DNA from: Candidatus Woesearchaeota archaeon
Lineage (GTDB): Archaea > Nanobdellota > Nanobdellia > Woesearchaeales > BM511
DNA: 64,000 bases
Direction of reading: 5' to 3'
NCBI GenBank assembly: GCA_018221135.1
Contig: JAAOYB010000050.1
Coordinates: forward strand, 527 to 64,526
Both the position numbers and the translations under genes were made by a program. Under the pieces are notes generated by a model. That model saw nothing but the letters and a program-made list of their open reading frames with translations, was not told the DNA's origin and ran no database searches. Shown here piece after piece: positions 27,497-38,368 of the stretch (within the stretch, counting starts at the first letter, position 1; every line of letters starts with the position of its first letter).

Positions 27497-28095
27497 AGAT
27501 CTTAGCAGCAGGGGACTTACACGGAGACAGCATAGCAGCGCATAAACTAGCACGAAAAGCTCTCAAAGAAAAAGTCGACCTAGTAATACTCTCAGGGGAC
27601 TTAACAAACAACGACGAAGACTACGAGAACATCCTTGGAGAATTCAAAAAAGTAAACAAAAAAGTCTTGTTCATACCAGGAAACCATGATAGTTTCTCAA
27701 CAGCTGATTTCTTAGAAGACGCTTACGAATTCAAAAACATCCACAAAAAAGGAGTAAGATACAATGACATCGGATTCTTCGGGTGCGGAGGAAGCAATAT
27801 TGGGTTGTTCAGGCTAAGCGAAAAAGACATATTTGACTACTTGGATGCCTCGCACAAAAAAGTTGCTTATCTCCCTAGAAAAGTCATGGTCACACACAAC
27901 CACCCAACAGGCACATTAATGGAGCGCTTCAGCGATTTTGTCAAAGGAAGCAGCGGCGTTAGAGAAGCTGTTCTTAAACTAAAACCAGACTTCTTGATTT
28001 GCAGTCACGTCCACGAAGCTGAGGGCATCGAAGAAAAAATTGGGAAAACAAAAGTTTTAAATGTGGGCAAGAAAGGTAAAGTCATTGAACTTTAA
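27493..28095 (+). CDS. calcineurin-like metallophosphoesterase
   Basis: 'AAGDLHGD', 'LSGDLTN', 'GNHD' motifs; ATGA overlap with tsaC. Confidence 0.7.
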   Translation: MKILAAGDLHGDSIAAHKLARKALKEKVDLVILSGDLTNNDEDYENILGEFKKVNKKVLFIPGNHDSFSTADFLEDAYEFKNIHKKGVRYNDIGFFGCGGSNIGLFRLSEKDIFDYLDASHKKVAYLPRKVMVTHNHPTGTLMERFSDFVKGSSGVREAVLKLKPDFLICSHVHEAEGIEEKIGKTKVLNVGKKGKVIEL

Positions 28096-28667
28096 TGAGA
28101 CTTACAGCAATCCTTACAGCAGCCACTCTTAGTCTTGGTGTTTCTTCTTTAACTACGCAAAAAGCGTTTGCCAAAGAAGATATCTATAAAACAGTGAATG
28201 TCTACAACATATCAGAAGTAGACGCCATGTTAAACATGGTCATCCCTGAAGCAAGATTATATGAGCTTTCATTTAAATGGGGAGGCTACAATAGAGATTT
28301 TGAAAACCTAAACAACCAAGAAGTATACAATAAATTCTTAGGTCTCGGAGTAATATTAACGCAAAGGTTTAGAAAAATTAATGAAGATTACAGAGATAGC
28401 AAAAGAGTCTTTAATTCTATAAATGGAGTCAAACCAAAAGAAGTAGTTACTTACTTAGAAGGGTGGTTCAAAAAATATGGTGTTTTACTCTATGAGTTTG
28501 GAGAAACAATTCAAGAAATCGAGCGATTAAATAAAGAAAAGACCCATAATATTTCTATTGAAGAACTAATCATAGGAAGAAACCAGTTTGAAAAAAGGTT
28601 AAGACTAGATAATAAATACATTAACGACCTACTTAGTGAATTAGAAAACACGCTCACACCAAAATAA
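28095..28667 (+). CDS. hypothetical secreted protein
   Basis: N-terminal signal peptide 'LTAILTAATLSLGVSSL'. Confidence 0.4.
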   Translation: MRLTAILTAATLSLGVSSLTTQKAFAKEDIYKTVNVYNISEVDAMLNMVIPEARLYELSFKWGGYNRDFENLNNQEVYNKFLGLGVILTQRFRKINEDYRDSKRVFNSINGVKPKEVVTYLEGWFKKYGVLLYEFGETIQEIERLNKEKTHNISIEELIIGRNQFEKRLRLDNKYINDLLSELENTLTPK

Positions 28668-28677
28668 TCAAAGATAT

Positions 28678-30108
28678 TCATCCCTTAATAACACCTAAGG
28701 GTCGTACTCTTGCGACTAGTTCTGCGATTCCTGCTTTATCACTGACTCTTACTACTTCGTCAATATCTTTGTACGCGCCGGGTGCTTCTTCAACAATTCC
28801 TTTCTTGCTTGCGCTTCGAATCAAGATATTATTTTTTTCTAACTCGCTAATGACTTGTTCAGAACTATATTTTTTCATGGCAGCGAATCGTCCCATGCTT
28901 CTACCAGCTCCGTGAGCAGTGCTGCCAAAGCTTAGTTCCATAGCTTTCTCTGCGCCTTTAAGTAAGTAACTAGCCGTTCCCATACTCCCAGGCAAAATAA
29001 CTGGTTGACCAACTCCTACATAGTTTTTTGGTAATTCCGTTCTTCCTGGAGGAAAAGCTCTAGTAGCTCCTTTTCTATGAACAATAAGTTCTTTTTCTAC
29101 GCCGTCAACAATGTGTTTTTCTAGTTTTGCAATGTTGTGCGCTACGTCGTAGATAGTTCTTAACTCAGTTTTTTCTCCGAAGACTTCTTTGAAGCCTTGT
29201 CTTACGAAATGCGCGATTACGTGACGATTAGCCCACGCGTAGTTCGCGCTTCCAATCATCGCGCTATAATAATCCTGACCTAATCTTGAGTTAAACGGGG
29301 CGTATATCAAGTCTTTTTCAGGAAGGGACTCTATTATTTTTGGGTATTCATCTTCGAATTTCCTGATGTAATCACTGCAAACCTGGTGACCCAAACCTCG
29401 ACTACCACAATGTATCATGATTACTACTTGGCCTTTTTTGTTAATACCAAATGTTTTAGCTGTTTCTTCGTCGTATATCTCGTCTACTACTTGTACTTCA
29501 AGAAAATGGTTTCCTGCGCCGAGAGTTCCTAGTTGACGCCTCCCCCTACCTTTTGCTTTCATACTAACAGTTTTTGGATCACAACCCTTCATAGAGCCTT
29601 CTTCTTCGGCGTGGGTGACGTCTTCTTGTGTTCCGTATCCTTTCTTCGCTGCGAACTTACTCCCATTAACTAATACGTCGTCGAGTTCATCATCTGTTAA
29701 TCTTATTTTTGATTCGCTACCAACCCCACAAGGAACTAACTCGAATAATTTATCAAGTAATATTTTCATCTTCGGCGTGACTTCTTCCTTATTTAGGTTG
29801 GTTGCTAGCATCCTAACACCGCAGTTAATATCAAATCCTATACCTCCCGGCGTTATTATACCCTTTTCTTTGTCGAACGCGGCGACGCCTCCTATTGGAA
29901 ATCCATATCCTTTGTGCGCGTCGCTCATCATGAAACTTGCTTTTTGAATTCCCTCAAAACTACTTGCTACGTTTATTCCTTGCTGCAACGCTCCGTCATC
30001 CTCGATGGCTTTTATTAGTTTGTCACTAGCAAAGATTTTCACGGGTACTTTCATATTCCCCGTTTTGGGGATTTCGTACAAGTAATCATTAATTTTCTTG
30101 GCTTTCAT
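28678..30108 (-). CDS. rtcB: RNA-splicing ligase RtcB
   Basis: 476 aa; characteristic RtcB motifs 'GAGNHF', 'HCGSRGLG', 'TAHGAGR'. Confidence 0.93.
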   Translation of the reverse strand: MKAKKINDYLYEIPKTGNMKVPVKIFASDKLIKAIEDDGALQQGINVASSFEGIQKASFMMSDAHKGYGFPIGGVAAFDKEKGIITPGGIGFDINCGVRMLATNLNKEEVTPKMKILLDKLFELVPCGVGSESKIRLTDDELDDVLVNGSKFAAKKGYGTQEDVTHAEEEGSMKGCDPKTVSMKAKGRGRRQLGTLGAGNHFLEVQVVDEIYDEETAKTFGINKKGQVVIMIHCGSRGLGHQVCSDYIRKFEDEYPKIIESLPEKDLIYAPFNSRLGQDYYSAMIGSANYAWANRHVIAHFVRQGFKEVFGEKTELRTIYDVAHNIAKLEKHIVDGVEKELIVHRKGATRAFPPGRTELPKNYVGVGQPVILPGSMGTASYLLKGAEKAMELSFGSTAHGAGRSMGRFAAMKKYSSEQVISELEKNNILIRSASKKGIVEEAPGAYKDIDEVVRVSDKAGIAELVARVRPLGVIKG

Positions 30109-30515
30109 AAGTCCATCACCATGACTACATAGTTCTTTGTGTATTCAAAATCGTTGTACGTAACTGCTTTTATGTGACCTCTAATCTCGTACCCTTGATA
30201 TTTGTCGCCTGTCACCGTTGCTTTTAAGGTGTTTTCTTCTATAACTACCTTCTTTACTTTTGCAAGTACGAAACCTTCAACGTCATGCAAATAGAGTAAT
30301 TCATCTAAGAAGTCATATAGTAACCCCCTAAGATTTTTTGCTTTGATCTCTAATGTGTGCATCTCGACTTCTCGTATCTTCTCTGTGTTTATCACGATGT
30401 TAAACATTGCCAGAGCAGCGTTCTCAAATCTTTCCTCGTCGGTTTTCCCATATGCTTTGAACTTCGCATCAGCTGTGTGCTCCAAGTACTCAAAACGCTT
30501 TTTTTTCCTCACCAT
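30105..30515 (-). CDS. archease (RtcB cofactor)
   Basis: 'YLEHTADAKF' archease signature; 4-nt overlap with rtcB start. Confidence 0.85.
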   Translation of the reverse strand: MVRKKKRFEYLEHTADAKFKAYGKTDEERFENAALAMFNIVINTEKIREVEMHTLEIKAKNLRGLLYDFLDELLYLHDVEGFVLAKVKKVVIEENTLKATVTGDKYQGYEIRGHIKAVTYNDFEYTKNYVVMVMDL

Positions 30516-30587
30516 AATAAAAGTAAGATAACAAATTAGTATTTAAAAAGAGTAGTTTTTTTAAGTAAGAAAAACAGTTAGTTTCAA

Positions 30588-31106
30588 ATGAAATTTTTTT
30601 TGAGCTTGACAATAGTGTTATCATTACTCTTTGTTGGTTGCTCAAAAAATTATGAGGTAATAGAAATGAGTGATTTCAAAATTACGAGTCCATCTTTTAA
30701 TAATAATGAATTAATACCCAAAAAGTATTCGTGCGATGGAGAAGACGTAAACCCAGAACTAATAATAAGCGGCACCCCAGAAGACACGACTAGCTTAGTC
30801 TTAATAGTAAACGACCCCGACGCACCGATGGGGACGTGGGTTCACTTCGTTGTCTGGAATATTAAGCCAACAGAAAGCATAGAAGAAGACAGCGTTCCAG
30901 GAGTAGTGGGACTAAACGATTTTGGGCGGCGCAGCTGGGGAGGTCCTTGCCCGCCAAGCGGGACACACAGATACTACTTCAAACTATACGCATTAAGCGA
31001 AGAATTAAGCATAGATGTTAACTCACAAAAAAAAGATGTGGAGAAAGCCATGCAAGGATTAATCATAGCAAAAACTGAGCTTGTAGGTTTGTATGAAAAG
31101 AGTTAG
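30588..31106 (+). CDS. PEBP/YbhB-family lipoprotein (phosphatidylethanolamine-binding protein-like)
   Basis: 'DPDAP', 'GPCPPSGTHRYYFKLYAL' PEBP motifs; lipobox 'FVGCS'. Confidence 0.7.
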   Translation: MKFFLSLTIVLSLLFVGCSKNYEVIEMSDFKITSPSFNNNELIPKKYSCDGEDVNPELIISGTPEDTTSLVLIVNDPDAPMGTWVHFVVWNIKPTESIEEDSVPGVVGLNDFGRRSWGGPCPPSGTHRYYFKLYALSEELSIDVNSQKKDVEKAMQGLIIAKTELVGLYEKS

Positions 31107-32206
31107 AGCTTGGTTATCTCGATTGGAAAAGCATCTTTTGTAGGGTATTCTTCTACTATGTAAACATGCCACTTCTTATCTTTTAATGCTTCTGCGTACT
31201 TAATCGCGATTTTTGAAGAAGTCAAAACCCTCCCAAAATCTTTATCCAAATAAACTTTTTTTTCTTTTACGCCTAAACTTATTAGAAAATCGCTTATCTC
31301 ATCAATTTTTTGCAAGGTGTCCTTTGAAGGTTTTTGATGAATGACAAAAGGCTTGTGATAAATCGCTGCTCTTACAATCATGCCTTCCTTGGTGAGTTTA
31401 TCAAAGCTTTTCTTAATGCTTTTACCTCTTTTTTTTATTCTGTTGGCTAATTGGTATTTGTCTTTTAGAGTCGCAGTGCAATAATGAATGTTCTTAACTC
31501 CTAGTTTCGCGGCGTGTCTCATTATGTGATACGCGGTGTTTTGGCTTCCTTTAACAGCGTAGGATAATTCGTTTTTTGCTTCGTAATCCCTGCCAAGCGT
31601 GCTGAAACTATTATCTGCTAGTTCTAACTCATTAATGTTTAAGTAATCAATCCACTCAGCGGTTGTCTCAATTAACTTTTTTATCTGTGAATACTTTTTT
31701 GGAATAGCGGGTATTTCGAGTGTGACTTTCCATTTATATTTAGAGGCTATGCCGATTTTCTCCCATTCCCTTTCCTTGTTTAGGTCTGGGTGGAAGCGTA
31801 TCTCATCTAAGCCTGCATTAAAAAGCTTTGTTAGTTTCTCATCATCTATTAAGCTAAGAGTAGTGTATAAGTGTACGTGGAATCTTCTCCCAAAAGTTTT
31901 CTTTAGTAATTTTATGAACTTAGTGGTCCTAGCAAAAGAAACAAGCGGGTCCCCGCCGGTTATCCCAACTCCTCGTGATTTGCAAAGCTTTATTTCTTTT
32001 ATTACTTCTCGCTCGTTTCTTGTTTCCCACTCATTGATGAATGTGACATCACTGTTTTTCTTATCATCACTAAGCGGGCAGTAGTTGCATCGCCTTGGGC
32101 AAAGACCTGTAATGAAAAAAACGCTTTTTTTTCCTTTTGCGCATTGCTTGCAAGCTTTAGAAACCCTGCCTATCTTATAGGATTCATGCTTTGTTTTCTT
32201 AATCAT
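31103..32206 (-). CDS. radical SAM protein (PflA-like activase family, COG2108-like)
   Basis: 'CPRRCNYC' CX3CX2C, 'GGDPL' SAM-binding motif. Confidence 0.65.
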   Translation of the reverse strand: MIKKTKHESYKIGRVSKACKQCAKGKKSVFFITGLCPRRCNYCPLSDDKKNSDVTFINEWETRNEREVIKEIKLCKSRGVGITGGDPLVSFARTTKFIKLLKKTFGRRFHVHLYTTLSLIDDEKLTKLFNAGLDEIRFHPDLNKEREWEKIGIASKYKWKVTLEIPAIPKKYSQIKKLIETTAEWIDYLNINELELADNSFSTLGRDYEAKNELSYAVKGSQNTAYHIMRHAAKLGVKNIHYCTATLKDKYQLANRIKKRGKSIKKSFDKLTKEGMIVRAAIYHKPFVIHQKPSKDTLQKIDEISDFLISLGVKEKKVYLDKDFGRVLTSSKIAIKYAEALKDKKWHVYIVEEYPTKDAFPIEITKL

Positions 32207-32261
32207 AACAAAGAAAAGGAACTGTTTCTTTGTTTATAACATTAACCCTCTTTTAATTTTT

Positions 32262-33485
32262 TTATATGAGAACTCTTTTCTGTGATAACTTATTTATCAG
32301 GTAGGGTTTTAGTTCTCTAAAAATTTGGGCTTGTCTAAGAATGAGTCTTTCTGCTTCTTCACAACCCAGATTTATGGTTTGGTTGATGAAACTAAGACTC
32401 CTACCAAAATATAACGGTTTTAGTAACTCAACTATTCTTAGCTTATCATCTTCTTCTGTGCTCATACTGAAACTTGCTAAGAAGTCATATACTATCATAG
32501 CCCATTGAGACTCGCTAATACTAATCTCTTTTTCTATGAACATTTTTTGTAGTTCTTCAAATAAATCAGGGCTTAATATTTGTTGTATTCCAAGTTTGTA
32601 ATCAGTAAACAGAGTTGTCGCGTTTTTCTCCATGGCTTCTAAGTCTATTCCTATGTCTTCTAAGCTAAGCTCTTTTGGCGTGCTCATTTGTATTCCGTAA
32701 CGCTGGGTTTCTTCGGTGACGGTGCTTTTCTCCCAATCTTCTTGGTTTCGAAGTAGGTTCTCAAACAAGGTGTCTATTACTTGCAAGAACATCGGTCCGA
32801 GTTTCGGCGCGCTTGGCTTATGGTCTTTTGAGCCAAGCCCTGTTTGGCAAACCTTAAAATCCGCTATTAATGCGTGTAGGGTCATGAAGTTGTCTATTCC
32901 GTACATGTGCGTTGATTCCTTCCATTCTTGACTCAGCCAATGACTGGCTAGTTTTGTTGAGAAAGCAAAGTCTCCTCCTATTGGTTGTCTGATGTTTTTT
33001 CCAAGAAGACTAAACACAAGAGGGTATACTAAGTGGTTAGTGATTGTCCCGTCATATTTGTGACGCAGGTATAATGGGCTTACAAAATCGTATTCTCGCT
33101 CCATTACTTGGCCGCCTAGGTGCTTAATCCACTCTGGGGTTATGCTTGTGAGATCCGCGTCTACGACGATTACTCCTTTAGCGCCTAGTTTCTGTGTTAA
33201 TAAAAATAAGTTGTAGAAGTTTCTTCCTTTTCCCTTTAGGCCGGGGGGGGTTGAGACGTAATATTTTTGGTTATTCGTAGGGGTTTCTAAAAAGACTCGT
33301 CTCGTGCCATCAGGGCTGTCATTATCACAGTTTACTATTAAGGTTTTATGATTAGGAAAATATTTTGTTAGTCCTTTATCTACTTGTTCTACGACGTATC
33401 TTATAGAATCAGCTTCGCAATAACTCGGTATTCCTACTATTAAGTCTGCCCCCAATCCCTGTAGTTTTTTTTGTTCTTGTGTCAC
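32262..33485 (-). CDS. GT-A fold glycosyltransferase (family 2-like), soluble
   Basis: 'IVGIPSY', DXD 'VDADL'; no TM helices; ~400 aa. Confidence 0.5.
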   Translation of the reverse strand: MTQEQKKLQGLGADLIVGIPSYCEADSIRYVVEQVDKGLTKYFPNHKTLIVNCDNDSPDGTRRVFLETPTNNQKYYVSTPPGLKGKGRNFYNLFLLTQKLGAKGVIVVDADLTSITPEWIKHLGGQVMEREYDFVSPLYLRHKYDGTITNHLVYPLVFSLLGKNIRQPIGGDFAFSTKLASHWLSQEWKESTHMYGIDNFMTLHALIADFKVCQTGLGSKDHKPSAPKLGPMFLQVIDTLFENLLRNQEDWEKSTVTEETQRYGIQMSTPKELSLEDIGIDLEAMEKNATTLFTDYKLGIQQILSPDLFEELQKMFIEKEISISESQWAMIVYDFLASFSMSTEEDDKLRIVELLKPLYFGRSLSFINQTINLGCEEAERLILRQAQIFRELKPYLINKLSQKRVLI

Positions 33486-33595
33486 TTAGCGCCTCTAAGT
33501 AATAAAAAAAACTTTGAACTTTGTAATAAGGTAGTAGTTATGGTTTTATTGCCTTATATACTTTTCTAATACTTTTCTAAAAAAAATGAGAATTC

Positions 33596-33883
33596 TTAGT
33601 AGGGTATTATTTTTAGGTCTTCGGAGTCTTCTTTTTCTTCTTCGTTTACTTCTTCTTGGTTTAGGTCTCCGACTGTTATGTCTGGGTCGCTAAACATATC
33701 ATTACTAGGAGGTGAGTCATTACTTGTCTCGTCTGAGAACATATCGCTGAAATTAGAAGGTGTGGGCGTGTTTGACTCTGCTACTTCTAAACTACTAGTG
33801 TCTCCTATAATGTTTCTTAGTAGTTTAATTACTTCTCTTATGTGTTCTTGACTGTCTTTTTCTGTGTCGATTCGAATCTCCAT
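33596..33883 (-). CDS. hypothetical acidic protein
   Basis: ORF track; D/E/S-rich. Confidence 0.35.
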   Translation of the reverse strand: MEIRIDTEKDSQEHIREVIKLLRNIIGDTSSLEVAESNTPTPSNFSDMFSDETSNDSPPSNDMFSDPDITVGDLNQEEVNEEEKEDSEDLKIIPY

Positions 33884-34014
33884 AATACTATAAGTGTTTT
33901 TGAGAATTTATATACTTTTTTGTTAATAAGGGGGGAAAATGATAAGTTTTATAAAAAAACAAAAAAAACTTCTCAAAAACAATAATTTTTAAAAAATATT
34001 TTAGGTGAGGATTT

Positions 34015-34437
34015 ATGAGTATTATAGGTTTTAATTTTACAAAAATAAGTGTTGAGAAGAAAAAGCCAAAAGCGGGCGGGAAAGTTGAGATCTCCAATAA
34101 TGTAATGATAAAAAACGTTGAGGAATCAGATCTTAAGCTAAGCTCAAAAGAACAAATAGCTGTTAGGTACGAGTTCGAGTTTGAGACTAAGTACCAACCA
34201 GAGTACGGACACATCAATCTTAGCGGTAACTTGATAAGTCTTGAGAAAAAAGACGCTGCAAGAAAAGCTATTAAGGAATGGTCTAAGACTAAGAAGATGA
34301 ATCCTGAGATGATGAAGAGTATTCTAAACACTCTTCTTGCTAAGTGCCACGTCCAAGCACTAGTCTTATCAAGGGATGTTAATCTGCCAAGCCCTGTGCC
34401 GCTTCCAAAAGTTAATGTTAAAGAAGACAAAAAATAA
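34015..34437 (+). CDS. hypothetical protein
   Basis: Balanced composition versus the low-complexity antisense ORF; followed by an oligo-T tract. Confidence 0.4.
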   Translation: MSIIGFNFTKISVEKKKPKAGGKVEISNNVMIKNVEESDLKLSSKEQIAVRYEFEFETKYQPEYGHINLSGNLISLEKKDAARKAIKEWSKTKKMNPEMMKSILNTLLAKCHVQALVLSRDVNLPSPVPLPKVNVKEDKK

Positions 34438-34441
34438 TTGT

Positions 34442-34469
34442 TTTTTCTTCTTTTCTTCTCTTTTTTTCA
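34442..34469 (+). terminator. oligo-T tract, putative terminator
   Basis: T/C-rich 28 nt directly after stop. Confidence 0.3.
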
Positions 34470-34573
34470 AAACTTTTATCAATAAAGAGCGTATTCTTTA
34501 AAACAAAAATTTAAAAATAAGCGTGTTATCGCTTTTTGACAATAACAAATAATGGAGGGGTTTTCATCAAATT

Positions 34574-37099
34574 ATGAGTTCGGAACCAGAGATCAAATTA
34601 AAAGTTGTTGAAGCAATACAAGACGACTTGTACAAAGGAATCATCAGGATAGACACTAATTACATGCACCAAATAGGTGTACGACCCGGTGACGTAGTCG
34701 AAATAATGGGTGACCGCAAAACAGTGGGTGTTGTTGAGAGAGCTTACCCTGGAGATATAGGTCTTAACATCATCAGAATGGATGGTTTGATGAGGCGAAA
34801 CGCCAAGACCGGTATCGGAGAGTTCGTAAAGATAAAAAAAGCCAGTTTTAAGCTTGCAAAAAAAGTTGTTATCGCCCCTGCAAAAAAAGGTATCGTGATA
34901 AAAGCTAGCCCCGAGATTTTTAAGCAAGGACTCTTAGGCAGACCCGTCGTAAAAGATGATCTTATTAGTCTTGGTGGTCCTAGACGTAAGAGAAGTTTTA
35001 ATGACAGCCCAATATTTGATGATGTTTTTAACATGCTTGATGAAAGCTTGATGAGCTTCGGCCTTGGCGACTTAAAATTTGTTGTTGTTGACACAACCCC
35101 TAAAGAAGCCGTTGTCATCGATGAAGAAACAGAAGTCACTTTTAACCCTGAAGCCGTAGAGTTAAAAGAACAAAAAACCATGGAGGTCACCTATGAAGAT
35201 ATTGGTGGCTTGGATGAAGAAGTAAAAAAAGTTCGTGAAATGGTAGAACTACCACTTAAACGCCCCGAGATTTTTGAAAGGTTAGGTATCGAGCCTCCAA
35301 AAGGAGTATTACTGCACGGACCTCCGGGCACGGGAAAAACGCTTCTTGCTAAAGCAGTAGCTAATGAAACTGATAGTAATTTCTCGTTGATTAACGGCCC
35401 TGAGATTATGAGCAAGTACTACGGGCAGTCCGAGGAGAACTTGAGAAAGAAGTTTGAGGACGCTGAGAAAAACGCTCCTAGCATCATTTTCATTGACGAA
35501 ATCGACGCTATCGCTTCTAAAAGAGAAGAGAGCAAAGGAGAAGTAGAAAGACGAGTCGTAGCTCAGCTCTTAGCTTTGATGGATGGCTTAAAGACTCGCG
35601 GAAAAGTAGTGGTGATGGCAGCAAGTAATATTCCTAACGCGCTTGACCCTGCTCTTAGGAGACCTGGCAGGTTTGATAGAGAAATCGAGTTAGGCGTACC
35701 CTCAAAAACTGGCAGAAGAAAAGTTTTGCAGATTCATACTAGGAGGATGCCTCTTTATAGTTATGATGATAGCTTAGTTGAGCTTCGAGGTGAAGACCCA
35801 AAACTTGTCAGTGATGACTTGGCTGAGTTCTTGTATTATTTGTTTAGAAATAATAGAGATAAAACGAGTTTTAGTGTTAAGATAGTTGAGATCAATCTTC
35901 AAAAATATTTAAAAGATCGCCCAGAAAAAAACAAGGCTGCTAGTAGTTTTGATGAGAAAGAAATCAAGAAAATTCTTGACAGAATCACTCATAACAAGAG
36001 CGTGGTCGCCCTTGACGAGATCGCTAGTATTACTCATGGCTTCGTAGGAGCAGACTTAGCTGCTCTTAGCAAAGAAGCCGCGATGATTTTACTTAGGAGG
36101 ATTCAGCCAGAACTTAAGCTTCACGAAAAAGAAGAAGAACCCATCCCTCAAGAAATACTAGACAAAATTAAGATTACTCAAAAAGATTTTATTGATGCGC
36201 TCAAAGTTGTTAGGCCAAGCGCTTTAAGAGAAGTCCTAGTAGAAATCCCTAATGTTAAGTGGGCTGATATAGGAGGCTTAGAAAACGTGCATCAAGAACT
36301 AATCGAAGCAGTGGAATGGCCGCTTAAGAACCCACAAATTTTTAGTCGTCTTGGAATAACGCCGCCAAAAGGAGTATTATTATACGGGCCTCCAGGCACG
36401 GGCAAGACCTTGCTTGCTAAAGCGGTTGCTAATGAATCCGAAGCTAACTTTATTAGTGTTAAGGGCCCAGAAATGCTTAGTAAGTGGGTGGGTGAGAGTG
36501 AAAAAGCTGTTCGCGAAATCTTCAACAAGGCAAGGCAAGCCAGCCCTACTATCATCTTCTTTGATGAGCTTGACGCAATTGCTCCTAGGCGAGGAGCTAG
36601 TAGTGATAGCAACGTTACTGCGCGAGTCGTCAATCAATTACTCACCGAGATGGATGGTCTTGAAGCTTTGCATGACATCGTTGTCATAGCTGCTACTAAC
36701 CGACCTGACATAGTAGACACAGCTTTGCTTCGACCTGGTCGATTTGACAGAATTGTTTTGGTTGGCGCTCCTAATGAGAAGGCTAGACACCAAATCTTTA
36801 AGGTTCACACACAAAACATGAAGATATCTAAAGACGTTGACATTATTGACTTATCTAAGAAGACTGAGGGATACGCAGGCGCTGATATTGAGAGTGTTTG
36901 CAGAGAAGCCGCTATCTTAGCGCTTAGAGATAACATTAATGTAAAAGAGGTTAGCGATAAGTACTTCGATGATGCTTTAAAGAAAGTACGACCTAGTATT
37001 AGTAAGGATGTCGAAAACATCTACGAGTCTTTAAAAGACCAATTCAGTAGCGCTAAGGCAAAAGAAATGAAAGAAGAAAAACCCTCATACTACGGATAA
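34574..37099 (+). CDS. cdc48: Cdc48/VCP-like AAA+ ATPase (two AAA domains)
   Basis: Two Walker A 'GPPGTGKT', two Walker B 'IIFIDEIDA'/'IIFFDELDA', N-terminal double-psi barrel region. Confidence 0.93.
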   Translation: MSSEPEIKLKVVEAIQDDLYKGIIRIDTNYMHQIGVRPGDVVEIMGDRKTVGVVERAYPGDIGLNIIRMDGLMRRNAKTGIGEFVKIKKASFKLAKKVVIAPAKKGIVIKASPEIFKQGLLGRPVVKDDLISLGGPRRKRSFNDSPIFDDVFNMLDESLMSFGLGDLKFVVVDTTPKEAVVIDEETEVTFNPEAVELKEQKTMEVTYEDIGGLDEEVKKVREMVELPLKRPEIFERLGIEPPKGVLLHGPPGTGKTLLAKAVANETDSNFSLINGPEIMSKYYGQSEENLRKKFEDAEKNAPSIIFIDEIDAIASKREESKGEVERRVVAQLLALMDGLKTRGKVVVMAASNIPNALDPALRRPGRFDREIELGVPSKTGRRKVLQIHTRRMPLYSYDDSLVELRGEDPKLVSDDLAEFLYYLFRNNRDKTSFSVKIVEINLQKYLKDRPEKNKAASSFDEKEIKKILDRITHNKSVVALDEIASITHGFVGADLAALSKEAAMILLRRIQPELKLHEKEEEPIPQEILDKIKITQKDFIDALKVVRPSALREVLVEIPNVKWADIGGLENVHQELIEAVEWPLKNPQIFSRLGITPPKGVLLYGPPGTGKTLLAKAVANESEANFISVKGPEMLSKWVGESEKAVREIFNKARQASPTIIFFDELDAIAPRRGASSDSNVTARVVNQLLTEMDGLEALHDIVVIAATNRPDIVDTALLRPGRFDRIVLVGAPNEKARHQIFKVHTQNMKISKDVDIIDLSKKTEGYAGADIESVCREAAILALRDNINVKEVSDKYFDDALKKVRPSISKDVENIYESLKDQFSSAKAKEMKEEKPSYYG

Positions 37100-37100
37100 A

Positions 37101-37853
37101 ATGGCTTCTCTCCTAGCAATTACTCGTTTCTTAAACAAATTACTCGACATAAGAAATATTCCTGATAATAGTAGGAATGGCATGCAAGTAAATTGCAGAA
37201 ACGATGTGAAAAGAATTGGCTTCTGCGTGGATGCTAGCTTAGAAGTCTTTGAGTTAGCCAAAAAAAAGAAGTGTGATTTGATAATCGCTCACCATGGTAT
37301 TTTGTGGAAGCCACAACGATACAAGAAAAATCTTGAGAAAAGAATTAGTTACTTGAAAAAAAACAAGATAAGCCTTTACGGAGCGCACCTCCCATTAGAT
37401 AAGCATGACAAGTATGGTAATAATATATTATTAGCTAATTTTCTTGGTTTAAAAAACATAAAAGAATTCGGAAAGTATAACAGAGTCGCGGTTGGTTTCA
37501 TGGGTGTTTTCCCAAAGCCAATCAGCCTAGTTAGTATTAAGCGCTTACTTGATAAAAAACTAAGAACAAATAGTTACATCAAAAAAAACAATGACAAATT
37601 AGTAAAAACCATCGGCATTATTAGTGGAGGAGGAAACTCTGTTATTGAAGAAGCTATTGATAAAAGACTTGATTGTTTCTTAACTGGTGATAAGCTTCAC
37701 CAAGTTTATGGTTATGCAAAGGAATCAAAATTAAACGTGGTAAGCGCTGGTCATTACGCTACTGAGACTGTTGGTGTTAAGGCTTTGATGCCCTTATTAA
37801 AAGAGCGTTTCGGTGTCGAAACCGTTTTTTTAGACGCGCCAACTAATTTGTGA
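37101..37853 (+). CDS. Nif3-family dinuclear metal-centre protein
   Basis: 'IIAHHGILWKP', 'SAGHYATE' Nif3 motifs. Confidence 0.75.
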   Translation: MASLLAITRFLNKLLDIRNIPDNSRNGMQVNCRNDVKRIGFCVDASLEVFELAKKKKCDLIIAHHGILWKPQRYKKNLEKRISYLKKNKISLYGAHLPLDKHDKYGNNILLANFLGLKNIKEFGKYNRVAVGFMGVFPKPISLVSIKRLLDKKLRTNSYIKKNNDKLVKTIGIISGGGNSVIEEAIDKRLDCFLTGDKLHQVYGYAKESKLNVVSAGHYATETVGVKALMPLLKERFGVETVFLDAPTNL

Positions 37854-37866
37854 GGAGGAGAAAAAA

Positions 37867-38334
37867 ATGGTTTTAAAAAAGTTAAGTGAAGAGTTTGAGA
37901 AAACAAGAAAAGAGTTAGGCTTCAAATCAAGCCTTGACGAACTAAACCAAGTTTTTTTTATCAAGGACTACATAGAAAAGGAGGGTTTTGTAAGTCAAGA
38001 CTTCTCGCGGCAGCTCTGCTCAAGAATAGTAGACACTTACAATCAATGGTACGGCTACTTACACACTTTAGTAGTTCCGAATCCTCACAGCATGTTTAAC
38101 ATGACAGAAAGCCAATTCTTTGGTGATGAAGAAAAAGAAAAAATAATGTTGTTAATGGATGAGTTAATGAATCACTCAAGCAAAAACACCATAATCGGAC
38201 TTGAAAAAAACAAAAAAGAAGAAGCAATCTTCATCGACGACTCACTTAGCTTATGGGATAAGAAGATAAAACCAGAGTTATTAAAATTATTAAAAAAAAT
38301 TGCTAAGGGTTGGGAAAACAAAAAAAACTCGTAA
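37867..38334 (+). CDS. hypothetical protein
   Basis: ORF track. Confidence 0.4.
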   Translation: MVLKKLSEEFEKTRKELGFKSSLDELNQVFFIKDYIEKEGFVSQDFSRQLCSRIVDTYNQWYGYLHTLVVPNPHSMFNMTESQFFGDEEKEKIMLLMDELMNHSSKNTIIGLEKNKKEEAIFIDDSLSLWDKKIKPELLKLLKKIAKGWENKKNS

Positions 38335-38368
38335 CATTTTTATACTTATAAAAAAAGTTTTTTGTTAT

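Noticed and set aside
33888-34430. 180-aa minus-strand ORF overlapping 34015..34437
   Set aside because: Phe/Leu-rich low-complexity composition; the plus-strand ORF has balanced composition and is followed by an oligo-T terminator, so the plus strand is preferred.
34598-35415. Antisense ORFs (109, 148, 74 aa) inside the Cdc48 gene; likewise 36292..36689
   Set aside because: Low-complexity Ser/Leu-rich translations lying entirely within a high-confidence AAA+ ATPase CDS on the opposite strand. These are shadow ORFs.
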